Below are positions 25,548 to 39,464 of a DNA stretch of 64,000 nucleotides, in pieces; the stretch's first letter is position 1, and the number at the start of each line of letters is the position of its first letter. This DNA comes from Eledone cirrhosa (taxonomy: Eukaryota): contig OZ024741.1 of assembly GCA_964016885.1 (NCBI GenBank), forward strand, positions 332,878,001 to 332,942,000, written 5' to 3'. The translations under genes and the position numbers were made by a program. The notes beneath the pieces were generated by a model. It saw nothing but the letters and a program-made list of their open reading frames with translations. It had not been told where the DNA came from and did not search any database.

Positions 25548-27984
25548 AATCCAAGGGGCTGAAAGGCAGAGAGAAAGTCAATCAAGGCCAAAAAGCAGGC
25601 TTCGAAAGTATGGAAGGATGGGGGAAGTAGAGAAGACTATCAAGTGGCCAGGAGGGAAGCTAGGAGACAAGTGTACTTCGCAAGAAGGGAAGCAGAGGAA
25701 AGAAAGTTCAAGCATGTTCTACAACGCGAGAACCAAAAACGTGAGGTGTTCAGGATTGCTAGGCAATGTGTCAAGGAAAACCATGATATTGTCGGGGCGA
25801 AGTGTGTCCTTAATGATGATGGTGTACTTGCCATCACTGACTCTGATAAGAAAGTAGCTTGGAAGCGTCACTACGAAAGGCTACTAAATGAGGAGAATAA
25901 ATGGGAGAAAGACAGTCTCCCCCACATCGATCGAATAGAGGGATCACCAGTGCAAGTTAAAGGTAGTATAATAAGTAAGGCATTCAAAGATATGAAGACA
26001 GGCAAGGCGGCTGGGCCTTCGGAAATAGTTGCTAAAATGCTGAAAGCATCTGGAATGGTGGGACACACTGTGGTCACCCGGATAGTAAACCAAGTCATAC
26101 AGAATGGGGTTGTTCCGAAGGACTGGCGTAGCAGCATCATCATTAACTGCTACAAGGGTAAAAGAGATGCCCTAGATAGGGGAAACTATAGAGGCATTAA
26201 ATTAATTGACCAGGTCATGAAGGTCACAGAAAAAGTAATAGTGCAAATAATTAGAGAGCGAATTGATCTAGATGAAAGGCAGTTCAGGTTTGTGTCAGGT
26301 AAAAGTACCACAGACGCTCTTTTTATTGTATGACAACTACAGGAGAAGTACCTAGCTAAAAGTAAACCCCTATACTTAGCTTTTGTTGACTTGGAGAAAG
26401 CTTTTGACAGAGTCCCACGCCCCATTATCTGGTGGGCTCTCAGAAAACTAGGTGTTGATGAATGGCTTGTGAGAGCTATACAAGCCATGTATAAAGAAAC
26501 AGTTAGCAAGGTTAGAATATAGTGAAGAGTTTAGCGTAAAAGTTGGTGTTCATCAGGGCTCTGTCCTTAGCCCCCTCCTATTTATTATTGCCCTTCAAGC
26601 TATAATAGAGGAGTTCAAGACCGGCTGCCCATGGGAACTCCTATACGCAGATGATCTAACGCTCATAGCTGAATCAATGGCTGAACTAGAGAAGAAATTC
26701 CAAACATGGAAGCATGGCCTAGAATCAAAAGGCCTTAAAATTAACCTGTCTAAGACTAAAGTTCTAGTATGTAGGAAGGAAAATAGGGCACTGGTCCCAT
26801 CTTGGAAATGGCCATGCTCAGTGTGTAGGAAAGGAGTCAGCAGAAACTCCATTTTATGTCCCAAATGCAAAGTATGGGTGCATAAAAGATGTAGTGGGAT
26901 CACAGGTAAGCTAACTAAGAATATAGATTTTGTATGTGGCCGGTGCTCAGGTGCAGTAAGTAGCAGCAAGTGCCCACAGAATACTAGCTCATTCCATTGC
27001 ACAGATGGTTCTATAGAAATAGTGGACACCTTCCGTTACCTGGGTGACAAAATCAGCAGTGGGAGAGGGTGCTCTGAAAGTACATTAGCTAGAGTCAGAA
27101 CAGGATGGAAAAAGTTCAGAGAGCTTATACCACTATTCGCTGCTAACGGTTTCTCTCTAAGTATGAAAGGCAGGCTGTATGATGCCTGCATACGAACAGC
27201 AATGTTACATGGCAGTGAGACTTGGGCATTGTGTGCAGAGGATATACGCAGACTGGAGAGGAATAAAGCTTGCATGCTCCGCTGGATGTGTAATAGTAAT
27301 ATACGTGAACAGCAAAGCATAAATGAACTAAGTGAGAAATTAGGAATAAAAGGGATCAGATGCTGTTTACTCGGTTGGTATGGTCACGTGATGCGCATGA
27401 AAGATGACAACTGTATAAAAAAGTGCAGGGCGATCAAAATAGACGGTAGCCACAGAGTAGGCAGACCCAGAAAACCTGGGACGACTTGATAAATTCCGAC
27501 CTCACACACTTACACCTGTCCAAGACAATGTCACTGGACCGAAATCTTTGGCGCTACGCAGTAATACGGAAGACCCGTCTTGCCTAAGTACAAAGCGAAA
27601 CCTATAGTCAGTAGGCACCTCTTAAACAAAATACACCCCCATCCCATTACCCCCACCCCATCCGCACCACCCCTTTCGATGTAAAGTTATATTGGTACCA
27701 CAGTCCTAAATAAATGAGGTCGTGTAGGTGTCACAACAAAAAAAAAACACAGTCAACGCGGTAATGTGGCCGTGTAGGTAACACAGTAAAAATCTCCCAG
27801 TCCACACTGTAAATGTGGTTGGTGTTAGGAAGGGCATCCAGCCGTCGAAAACCCGCCAGACAGTCCTATACGAGCAACACAACCAATCTTTCCTCAAGTG
27901 GGAAAACTCCCATCTAAACCCATGTTAGCGTGGAAGATGGACGTTAAACAATGATGACGATGACGATGATGATGATGATGATGA
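25548..27984 (+). mobile_element. RTE-clade LINE (RT with PHD-like insert, long 3' UTR), 5'-truncated, decayed
   Basis: KTGKAAGPS, NYRGIKL, FVDLEKAFDRVP, VHQGSVLSP, LYADDL, CSVC...CPKC..WVHKRC...CGRC, MLHGSETW, WYGHV; (GAT)n tail. Confidence 0.93.
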
Positions 27985-28022
27985 TATATATATATGTGTA
28001 TGTATATATGTATATATATATT

Positions 28023-28094
<72 letters not shown>

Positions 28095-28465
28095 CATAAG
28101 TAGATAATAGAAGGTTGAGAAGATGTTACCTCAGACCTCTTTTAGTCACGTCTGTGTGGACTCAAATCCTTTGTCATATTATTCAGATAACCAGACTGAA
28201 CAAAACATTTTGTTTACATCTACAGCTTTTGTCTTCTCTCATGTTTTTACATAGTCTGTCTCTCTTTAGAAATATTTCATTAGAATCACTTTGATATATA
28301 CATGAATCATGACTGCTGCTGCTGTTGCTGTTGTTGCTGCTGTTGCTGCTGGTGTTGCTGTTCATCAGTGATGATCATAACAATTGTGAGAGTGTGTTTG
28401 AGACTCCAGTGAGTGTGTGTTGTGTAAAGATTATTATTTAAACACACACAAGGCAAAACGTGGAT

Positions 28466-28645
28466 TTGGCAGTATCGGTAGAGGGTCGGACGCCATGCTT
28501 TCCAGCATAGTTACGTCCCTTTACGATCTGAGTTCAAATCCCGCCGAGGTTAACTTTGCCTTTCATCCTTACGGGGTCGATAAAATAAAGTACCAGTAAT
28601 GCACTGGGCAATTGCTGGCCTTGTGCCTAAAGTAGAAACAATTAT
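28466..28645 (+). mobile_element. tRNA-SINE (Meta-like domain)
   Basis: Same family as 17668; B box GAGTTCAAATCCC. Confidence 0.85.
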
Positions 28646-28886
28646 TTAAACACACACACACACATTTATATATATGCATATAAATATGTACATAGATATG
28701 TACATATGTATATATGTGTGTGTATGTATATATGTGTGTGTATGTATATATGTGTATGTATATATATGCGTGTTTGTATATATGTGTATGTTATATATAT
28801 ATATATGTGTGTATGTATATATGTACTCTTGGATCTCGAATAATCCTCCTCCTCTTATTATCTAGCTATATACAGTATGTTTATGA

Positions 28887-29032
28887 ATAAACATTTGAAA
28901 GCCTTTAACTATGAATATTGGAAGCTGATGACTAGAGCTATCAGGCAGACACTGACAGTCCCATTTCTAACTCCAGTCATTATCAAGACATCAGCTTCCA
29001 AAATACATGGCTAAGCGCTTTCAAATATTTAT
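28887..29032. repeat. Degenerate fold-back (about 50-bp arms)
   Basis: AAACATTTGAAAGC...TTGGAAGCTGATG pairs with CATCAGCTTCCAA...GCTTTCAAATATTT. Confidence 0.7.
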
Positions 29033-29124
29033 ATGTAAACATACCGTCCATCGCTAAATATACAAATACACATACTTTATGTATACAGCTATGTTGGAAT
29101 GAATACCTTAATGTTATATATATA

Positions 29125-30016
29125 CAGGCTGTGGACGATATTCGTTCGCAATTTTTAACTGCTAATTTTATGCAAATTTTTTTTACTTCTGTTGTCACAC
29201 TTGTCTTCATAAAAACAGTGACTATATTTCCATTATTTATTTTCAGAATAATTGATTATGAATAATTTTGAACCTTCAAATTTGTGGAAGAGACACAGAG
29301 TTGTTCTTGGAATCTGCGCCGGGAGGACAAATAATGAAATTTCAGACTTTCTCAGCGTCAGCAGAGAATGGTGGAAAAGGTCAGAAAGGAATTGCAAGAT
29401 TCAGGATTCAACTACGAAGCAATATCAGAGAGGAAAATACATGATCGACGATCTGACGCCTTCAGAAAGCCCGAGTTCGTCGCTGAGGGCCTCAAGCTCA
29501 ACACCGATGGCTACATCCGCGTTCTTAGCGAGGTAGTAAATCCCTGGATCGACCAGGTCGCTGCAGGTAGGCTGTACGTGTGGCAGCAAGACTCAGTGCC
29601 CTGCCATACCAGCCAAAAGACCCAAGCCTGGCTGTCAGAGAACTTCGTCGATCACACTTCACTTGACATCTGGCCTCCCAGCTCGCCTGACTGCAACCCC
29701 CTCAACTTCTTTGTGTGAGGCGCAGTGGAACGAGACACCAACAGATCTAGCTGCAATACGAAAGACGATCTGAAGGCCATGATCACAAGTGCCTTTAGGG
29801 GCCTAAGTCGGGGGACAGTGGCGAAGGCCTGTAGCCGGTTCCGAGGCCGCCTTAAGGCCGTCATCAAAGCCAATGGTGGGTTTATCGAGTGAGATCGAAA
29901 GAACAAGTCATGAAGACAAACTGACCCAAGTTTGTTAAATAAATCTTAAAAAATAAAACTACTGTGTTATTTTCCCCTAGACAGTAATCTTGCGAACAAA
30001 TATCGTCCGCACCCTG
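29125..30016 (+). mobile_element. maT (DD37D) Tc1/mariner element, internally deleted, both TIRs present
   Basis: 27-bp imperfect TIRs CAGGCTGTGGACGATATTCGTTCGCAA / TTGCGAACAAATATCGTCCGCACCCTG, TA flanks; WQQDS...WPPSSPDCNPLN with 37 residues between the 2nd and 3rd catalytic positions. Confidence 0.92.
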
Positions 30017-31839
30017 TATATATATATATATGCACATAAAAAAGGATTCCATGCTGAACTAAAACACACCTGCAAACAAACACACATACACACATAGACA
30101 GACACATATAAACAGATAAATACATACACAGGCATCTTTAGATACACACATACACTCTCCTCTTATTTTCTTTTATCCCATATCTCCTGACTTATGATGT
30201 TTCTTAGGGCATATTTTAACCTGGCAGAGTCCATCTAATCTCCAGGTCTGAATACAAATGAATTCTTCCAGAGGAAAGAGATGGAGAGAACAGAAGTGAG
30301 AAAGGGATATAGATGAAAGATCGACTCTAGTACTAGACTGGTACTTTTTATATCGACTTTGAAGAGATAAAAGGCAAAGTTGACCTTGGTGGGATTTGAA
30401 CTCAGAACATAGAGTGCCAAAAAGAATACCACAAAACATTCTAACTGACGTTCTAATGACTCTGCTAATTCACCACCCTAGATACATACACACATATAAA
30501 TAAACATATCTATAGATAGGAGCATAAACTCACCCACATATACACAGGTAGAGACATATATAGACAGACAAACACAGATAGACACACACCTATAGACAGA
30601 CATACACATATACACAGACAGACATTCATACACAGAAACATACATACACAGGCAGACACACATATACAAACAGATACCTGCAGAGAGATAGATATACACA
30701 CAGATATATACACAGATTGATAGATAAACAGGCAGATACATACATACACAAGTAGACACATGTATACACATAGACATACACACATAAGCAGACACACGTA
30801 TACATACAGACATACATAAACAGGTAGTCACATGTATACACACTGCACAGACATACATACACAGACAGACATATGAATATGTGTATCAATTTTTGCTTAG
30901 AGTGTAAGCAATGAAGGAAGTTAAAATAAGCTATACAGCCATATAGCGACAGAGACATGAATATATAGTAAGAGAAATATGTATATATATATATATTCAA
31001 ATACTCTAGACTGTGACCAAGTTCTATTTGAAGCATGAGTAAACAAAACAAGATCAAACTAAGCCATAGTATTATATCTAAAATCAAAAGATGAGGAACC
31101 CAATAATTTGTGAGCTGTTACATTTACTAGGTTTGGCTTCGATTCACTGAAATTTGATGATTTTTATCTAAGGTATGATGAAGGACAAAACCCCCTTCCC
31201 ATGTCTAGCGAGAATTAATAATTTTCTTGACTTACTTGTAGAGTAGTTGATAATAGGAAGAGTATCCAGCCATAGAAAGCCTGCCAAATAAAGGGTCAGG
31301 ATGACTCTTCAGTTGTGTCAAATTTATGACAATATCATTAGTGTTGGTGATATATATGATAAACATGCCCAGTACACACTATAAAGTGGTTGGTGGTAGG
31401 AAGGACATCCAGCTATAGAAAACAAAGGTTGGAAGAACATTTCAGCAGTGTCAAAGACATGACACACCCAACAACCCCACTCACAATGTTGGTATCACAA
31501 TAAAATGCACTCAGTAGAGTGTGGAATCGTATGTAATCAAGATGTAGGCCCTTGGCCTGTTAGAGCATTCCATAGTGTGCAGGAACATGTGTTAGAGAGA
31601 TACAGGCCCCTGACCCAAGAGGTCAGTAGCTCTGTTTGACTCATCAAACACTTGACAGCAGGGAAAATGAATATCAAATATTGATAATTTTTTGATGAAT
31701 GTATTTCCAGTTTGGAATCTTAAGAATTATCTGAGAAGAGAGGAGACTCTATGAGTATTGAGCATCTGAGCTTGGAAACAAAATAAAGTAGAGAGGATTC
31801 TTTAGCTTGGTTGAAAATATAATAGCCTCCATCATGCTG

Positions 31840-32297
31840 GTATCATGATAAAATGCACCCACTACATGAAAATGATGCATCTACTATACTCTGTAAAATG
31901 GTAGTGCTGGTGCTATGAAAAAATGCACCTACTACATTCTGTAAAGTGGTAGTACTGGTGCTATGAAAAATGCACCCAATGCACTTTGTAAAGTGGTAAT
32001 GCTGGTGCCATGAAAAAATTGTACACAGTAAACTCTGTAAAGTGGTAGTGCTGGTGCAATGAAAAAATGTACTCAGTACACTTTGTAAAATGGTAGTGCT
32101 GGTACCACAATAAAAGAACCTGGTACAATCTGTAAAATGTTTGGTGATAGGAAGGAAATCCAATCATAGAAACCATTCTGAAATATAGAATAAGTGAGCA
32201 AGATGTGGTTCTCTGACCAGTCAAGTCTTGAATTGTGACAACCTGTCCAACCCATGCATGGAAAGTGGACATAAAACGATGATGATGATGATGATGT
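31840..32297 (+). mobile_element. RTE-tail SINE / RTE 3' UTR copy with ~50-bp tandem amplification
   Basis: About 5 copies of TGGTGCTATGAAAAAATGCACC..TACACTCTGTAAAGTGGTAGTGC, then the tail CCCATGCATGGAAAGTGGACATAAAACGATGATG. Confidence 0.7.
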
Positions 32298-32712
32298 TGA
32301 CAAATGTTTTGAAGCATGACAATCAAAGTATATGACATTATAGATTGCAAGATAGAATACACAGATCTTTTAGCTTTTATTTAGTTCTAATTGAGATTGA
32401 AGCTTTGAGCAAACTGTAATAATTCATTCAATATTAGTAGACATTTCACAAATGTTTCATGTGATTTTCACTTACAATAGATTTAAGTGTAACAAGAGAA
32501 TCAATTATTTGTTTTAAAAACTTCTTACAAGCAGATAGTTTATGGTTAGAGGGATGAATCTTATTTGGTGATGCAAGACTTTTGTTTAATGCACAAATGT
32601 AACTACAATTTAACCCTTTTCATACCGAACTGCTCAAAACTGCTCTGGATTTATGATACAAAACTAATCATTTAAAAATATATATATATACAAACAGGGA
32701 GACACAAAGCAG

Positions 32713-32959
32713 GCTTTGTTTAGAAATGGCTAACAAATTTGAAAATTAGGTAGTAACATGTGCTTATGCCGTATTTAACTAGTCTGTTTGTTCAGATTTA
32801 AAAAAAACCCCTCTAAATGGAAAAAGGATGAGTATTGATGTACATGGGACACAAACCCACATCTTTGGTTTGCCGGACCAATTCAGAGGGTTTTTTAAAA
32901 TCCCATCTAACAGATAATTCTATTTAGTTAAATATGGCAGAAGCACATGTTACTACCTA
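32713..32959 (-). mobile_element. tRNA-derived element with inverted duplication, copy 1
   Basis: Arms ~32747-32818 and ~32880-32959; minus-strand B-box-like GGGTTTGTGTCCCATG; homologous to 57538-58028. Confidence 0.65.
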
Positions 32960-33034
32960 TATGTATATACTTATATTAAACCCGTTCATTATAATTTTAT
33001 TTTAGAAATTTTGTTTACTTTTGAAAAACTTCTT

Positions 33035-33340
33035 CACCCACTTATTCCTGGGAGGATCATGGGAGATATAGTCCTCAAGTACTCCTTCCACCAGGTCCCG
33101 TCATCTCCTATTGATTTGGCTGGATCCCCAAGCAAGACCAACTAAACTCATGGATATTATCTCCTCCCGGGTCCCCTGCCAGTTGGTTTTGCCTGTAAAA
33201 TCTGTCTAACGATTCTTTCCTGAGACATTCTAACCACATGTCTATAATATCTGAGCTGTGAACTCTCAATTCAAAGAAGTAGTGGCTCTACTTGGAGTGA
33301 CTCTCTGATCTCTGAGTTACACACACTATCGAGTAAAATT
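33035..33340 (-). mobile_element. RTE-like LINE 3' fragment (different family)
   Basis: NSEIRESLQVEPLLL*IESSQLRYYRHVVRMSQERIVRQILQAKPTG. Confidence 0.75.
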
Positions 33341-34254
33341 ACTCTAAAAACTCTAAATACTTTCATCATAATTCTATTTTAGAAATGTTTAAGTAATGTT
33401 ATAAACATCTGTTTACTTATGAAAAACTTAGTTGCTTTATTAAACTCCTCCAAATGTTTGTTTATTTTCAAATTAACTGAAACACACAGGCAGTGTATTT
33501 CATTAGAAATATGGTAATGAGAGGGTTAATGGCATAGGCAGTGTATTTCATTACAAATATGGTAATGAAAGGGTTAAAAGAGAGGAGATAATAGCTCAAT
33601 AGCAGAGCTATTATCTCCTCTCTTAGAATTAGAGGTATGACAATAAAGATGTGGTTATTTGGATTCATGCAAACTTTGACCAGTTCAGCTTAACACTTTT
33701 GTGACCATATTTCTAATGAAATACATTCTATTTAAATTGATTCATTAACAATTTTGAGGGATTTACTAATTACTTTATTATTAAGATGGTAACTTAACAT
33801 ATGATTCTTATATAAATTATGTCAGAATGTTTTTTTAAAAAACTTTTGTAACTATATTTCTAATGAATTACACTACCTTAATTCATTATTGAAGAATTTT
33901 GATTGATTTACTAAAATTATTAATTATTTCATTACTAAGATATGAACTGAACATAATTCTTATATAAATTATGTTAAAATGTTTTAAATATAAAAACTTT
34001 AATACTTTTGTGATTATATTTCTAATGAAATACACTATTTCAATTGATTAATTAAGAATTTTGAGGGATTTACTAAAATGATTAATTATTATATAAATAA
34101 AATATTAGCATGTGGTTTTTAGATGAAAATATGTCAGATGAATACAATTTAAATAGGAACATTTTATAATGTGTGATTTTGTTAATAGAACCAGAGCCAG
34201 TTTTGGTCAGGTGACCATGTCTTGTTAATACGCACACACACATATATATATGTA

Positions 34255-34416
<162 letters not shown>

Positions 34417-35239
34417 TATTTATATATATATATATATTTATATATACTTATATATGTATACACATAGGTGTGGTATAAGATTAATCACTCAATCAGAATA
34501 CATAGAAAGAAATTGAATATCAAATAATATCAAATACCTTGTAGTGAACACTGAACAAGAAAACACGCATTAATCATTAATCATTAAATTTAAGCGAAAA
34601 TGAAGCCAGACTTAGCAAGAAATAATGGAAACTATATAGAACGCAGTTGTATGCCTTCAGCAGCACCTCACAATATAGTTGATATCATGCAATATCTCAT
34701 TTAGATAGACTGCTTTTGAAATGACAGTTGATATGATTTATATATACTACATGTCACTAATAATCAAATGATATAAGCAACAACCACAACAACAGCAACA
34801 ACAACAAAAAACAGAATAAATAAAAATTAAATATATAAATATATAAATAAATGAATGAAACCGTATATCAATAAATATATATATAAATGAATAAATATAA
34901 TATATCATCATCATCATTGTTGTTTTAACGTCGCTTTCCCCATATATACATATATATCTATATCTTCATCTATGTATATACATATATAAATATATAAACA
35001 TATATATATTTATATATGTATGTAAAAGGTAAACAGAAATAACAACACAATCGGTACTGATATATATATATGTGTGTATGTATAAATAAATAAAGCCATT
35101 TATTGTTCAATAGAGATTACAATTCATTTCTTTCACAGCCATAAATTTAATCTCCATCAGTTTTTTCCTTTGCATTTGTTTTTCTGGCGCCTTGCTAAAC
35201 TTTTGATCAATCTGCCTAATCATCAATGTATATATCGGT

Positions 35240-38200
35240 CTAGTCACAGCAAAGAATGCAGTTAACACAGCTGACTGTATACAGCAGTCTAGTCACAGTA
35301 AAGGATGTAGTTAACACAGCTGAATATATAGCAGTCCTGTCGCAGTAAAGTATGTAGTTAACACAGTTGAATATATAGCAGTCCAGTTACAGTAAAGTAT
35401 GTAGTTAACACAGCTGAATATATAGCAGTCCAGTTACAGTAAAGTATGTAGTTAACACAGCTGAATATATAGCAGTCCAGTCACAGTAAAGTATGTAGTT
35501 AGTTTTCACAGCTGAGTATATAGCAGTCCTGTCACAGTAAAGTATGTAGTTAACACAGCTGAATATATAGCAGTCCAGTCACAGTAAATGATGTAGTTAA
35601 CACAGCTGAATATATATAGCAGTCCAGTCACAGTAAAGTATGTAGTTAACACAGCTGAATATATAGCAGTCAAGTCACAGTAAAGTATGTAGTTAGTTAT
35701 CACAGTTGAGTATATAGCAGTCCTGTCACAGTAAAGTATGTAGTTAACACAGCTGAATATATAGCAGTCCAGTCACAGTAAAGTATGTAGTTAACACAGC
35801 TGAATATATATAGCAGTCCAGTCACAGTAAAGTATGTAGTTAGTTATCACAGCTAAATATATAGCAGTCTAGTCAGAGTAAAGTATGTAGTTAACACAGC
35901 TGAATATATAGCAGTCTAGTCACAGTAAAGTATGTAGTTAACACAGCTGAATATATAGCAGTCCAGTCACAGTAAAGTATGTAGTTAACACAGCTGAATA
36001 TATAGCAGTCTAGTCACAGTAAAGTATGTAGTTAACACAGCTGAATATATAGCAGTCTAGTCACAGTAAAGTATGTAGTTAACACAGCTAAATATATAGC
36101 AGTCTAGTCACAGTAAAGTATGTAGTTAACACAGCTGAATATATAGCAGTCCAGTCACAGTAAAGTATGTAGTTAGTTATCACAGCTGAGTATATAGCAG
36201 TCCAGTCACAGTAAAGTATGTAGTTAACACAGCTGAATATATAGCAGTCTAGTCACAGTAAAGTATGTAGTTAACACAGCTGAATATATAGCAGTCCAGT
36301 CACAGTAAAGTATGTAGTTAACACAGCTGAATATATAGCAGTCTAGTCACAGTAAAGTATGTAGTTAACACAGCTGAATATATAGCAGTCCAGTTACAGT
36401 AAAGTATGTAGTTAACACAGCTGAATATATAGCAGTCTAGTCACAGTAAAGTATGTAGTTAACACAGCTGAATATATAGCAGTCCAGTCACAGTAAAGTA
36501 TGTAGATAACACAGCTGAATATATAGCAGTCCAGTGACAGTAAAGTATGTAGTTAACACAGCTGAATATATAGCAGTCTAGTCACAGTAAAGTATGTAGT
36601 TAACACAGCTGAATATATAGCAGTCCAGTCATAGTAAAGTATGTAGTTAACACAGCTGAATACATAGCAGTCCAGTCACAGTAATGTATGTAGTTAACAC
36701 AGCTGAATATATAGCAGTCCAGTCACAGTAAAGTATGTAGTTAACACAGCTGAATATATAGCAGTCCAGTCACAGTAAAGTATGTAGTTAACACAGCTGA
36801 ATATATAGCAGTCTAGTCACTGTAAAGTATGTAGTTAACACAGCTGAATAAATAGCAGTCTAGTCACAGTAAAGTATGTAGTTAACACAGCTAAATATAT
36901 AGCAGTCTAGTCACAGTAAAGTATGTAGTTAACACAGCTGAATATATAGCAGTCCAGTCACAGTAAAGTATGTAGTTAGTTATCACAGCTGAGTATATAG
37001 CAGTCCAGTCACAGTAAAGTATGTAGTTAACACAGCTGAATATATAGCAGTCTAGTCACAGTAAAGTATGTAGTTAACACAGCTGAATATATAGCAGTCC
37101 AGTCACAGTAAAGTATGTAGTTAACACAGCTGAATATATAGCAGTCCAGTCACAGTAAAGTATGTAGTTAACACAGCTGAATATATAGCAGTCCAGTTAC
37201 AGTAAAGTATGTAGTTAACACAGCTGAATATATAGCAGTCTAGTCACAGTAAAGTATGTAGTTAACACAGCTGAATATATAGCAGTCCAATCACAGTAAA
37301 GTATGTAGATAACACAGCTGAATATATAGCAGTCTAGTCACAGTAAAGTATGTAGTTAACACAGCTGAATATATAGCAGTCTAGTCACAGTAAAGTATGT
37401 AGTTAACACAGCTGAATATATAGCAGTCGAGTCACAGTAAAGTATGTAGTTAACACAGCTGAATATATAGCAGTCTAGTCACAGTAAAGTATGTAGTTAA
37501 CACAGCTGAATATATAGCAGTTCAGTCACAGTAAAGTATGTAGTTAACACAGCTGAATATATAGCAGTCCAGTCACAGTAAAGTATGTAGTTAACACAGC
37601 TGAATATATAGCAGTCTAGTCACAGTAAAGTATGTAGTTAACACAGCTGAATATATAGCAGTCCAGTCATAGTAAAGTATGTAGTTAACACAGCTGAATA
37701 CATAGCAGTCCAGTCACAGTAATGTATGTAGTTAACACAGCTGAATATATAGCAGTCTAGTCACAGTATAGTATGTAGTTAACACAGCTGAATATATAGC
37801 AGTCCAGTCACAGTAAAGTATGTAGTTAACACAGCTGAATATATAGCAGTCCAGTCACAGTAAAGTATGTAGTTAACACAGCTGAATATATAGCAGTCTA
37901 GTCACTGTAAAGTATGTAGTTAACACAGCTGAATAAATAGCAGTCTAGTCACAGTAAAGTATGTAGTTAACACAGCTGAATATATAGCAGTCCAGTCACA
38001 GTAAAGTATGTAGTTAACACAGCTGAATATATAGCAGTCTAGTCACAGTAAAGTATGTAGTTAACACAGCTGAATATATAGCAGTCCAGTCACAGTAAAG
38101 TATGTAGTTAACACAGCTGAATATATAGCAGTCTAGTCACAGTAAAGTATGTAGTTAGTTAACACAGCTGAATATATAGCAGTCACAGTAAAGTATGTAG

Positions 38201-38880
38201 TTAACACAGCTGAATATATAGCAGTCTAGTCACAGTAAAGTATGTAGTTAGTTATCACAGCTGAATATATAGCAGTCAAGTCACAGTAAATTATGTAGTT
38301 AGCACAGCTGAATATATAGCAGTCTAGTCACAGTAAAGTATGTAGTTAGTTAACACAGCTGAATATATAGCAGTCCAGTCACAGCAAAGTATGTAGTTAA
38401 CACAGCTGAATATATAGCAGTCGCGTCACAGTAAATTATGTAGTTAACACAGCTGAATATATAGCAGTCTAGTCACAGTAAATTATGTAGTTAGCACAGT
38501 TGAATATATAGCAGTCTAGTCACAGTAAAGGATCCAGTTAACACAGCTGAATATATAGCAGTCCAGTCACAGTAAAGTATGTAGTTAGTTAACAGATGAA
38601 TATATAGCAGTCCTGTCACAGTAAAGTATGTAGTTAACACAGCTGAATATATAGCAGTCCAGTCACAGTAAATTATGTAGTTAACACAGCTGAATATATA
38701 GCAGTCCAGTGACAGTAAAGTATGAAGTTAGTTAATACAGCTAAATATATAGCAGGCCAGTCAGAGTAAAATATGTTGTTAACACAGCTGAATATATAGC
38801 AGTCCAGTCACATTAAGGTAAGTAGTTAGTTAGCACAGCTGAACATATAGCAGGGCAATTAGAGTAAAGGATGTAGTTAG
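35240..38880. repeat. 47-bp minisatellite, about 77 units
   Basis: Unit AGTCACAGTAAAGTATGTAGTTAACACAGCTGAATATATAGCAGTC(C/T); homogeneous centre, diverged edges, no unique spacers. Confidence 0.97.
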
Positions 38881-39464
38881 CATGGCTCAAAGAGTTTGTT
38901 TCACAATTATTTTGTCCCTGAGTTTTATGCAGATGTGTGACAGCTTAAGCAAGTGTCATTAAAGAGGCAGATTGGACTATCTGGGGTCAAAATTTCTTGT
39001 ACATACATATATATTCACCGCTCTGACCTAACTGTAGAATCTGTGACCCCCTCCCCTCCCCTTTTCTTTCTTCCTTTGTCTAATAGTCATTGCTCTTGCC
39101 TTTCTTTACATCTCATTTATGGCATTTATAATCCTTTTCAAAGCTGATCTCTTTTTCTGTATGTTTATATAACTTTACTACAAAATAAAATTGTTTGCTT
39201 TTTTTTTTATTTCAAAGCTAAAAGATCAAAGCCTTGAGCATTAAATTGGATTGACAGAAACAGTTTAGAAGATCATCAGATGGACTCTACCTTTAATATT
39301 AAAAAAGTCAGCCTTGTTCAGTATGTAGAATCTAAATGTAGTGAATTTTACCAACCTTTTGTTTAAGTTGTGTGCATGGCTAGAACAGCTGACCACATAG
39401 GTCAGAACTGCCTGGCCAGCTTGAAAGCCAGCAAATGTCTGTGGCAGAGCAATGATGCAGTCTG

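Noticed and set aside
23631-27984. Single RTE with twin-priming inversion
   Set aside because: The two head-to-head pieces cover the same region, are clearly diverged and each has its own tail, so they are independent insertions.
35240-38880. CRISPR-like regular array (also 13580-14640)
   Set aside because: Units are head-to-tail with no unique spacers, there are no cas genes, and the context is eukaryotic.
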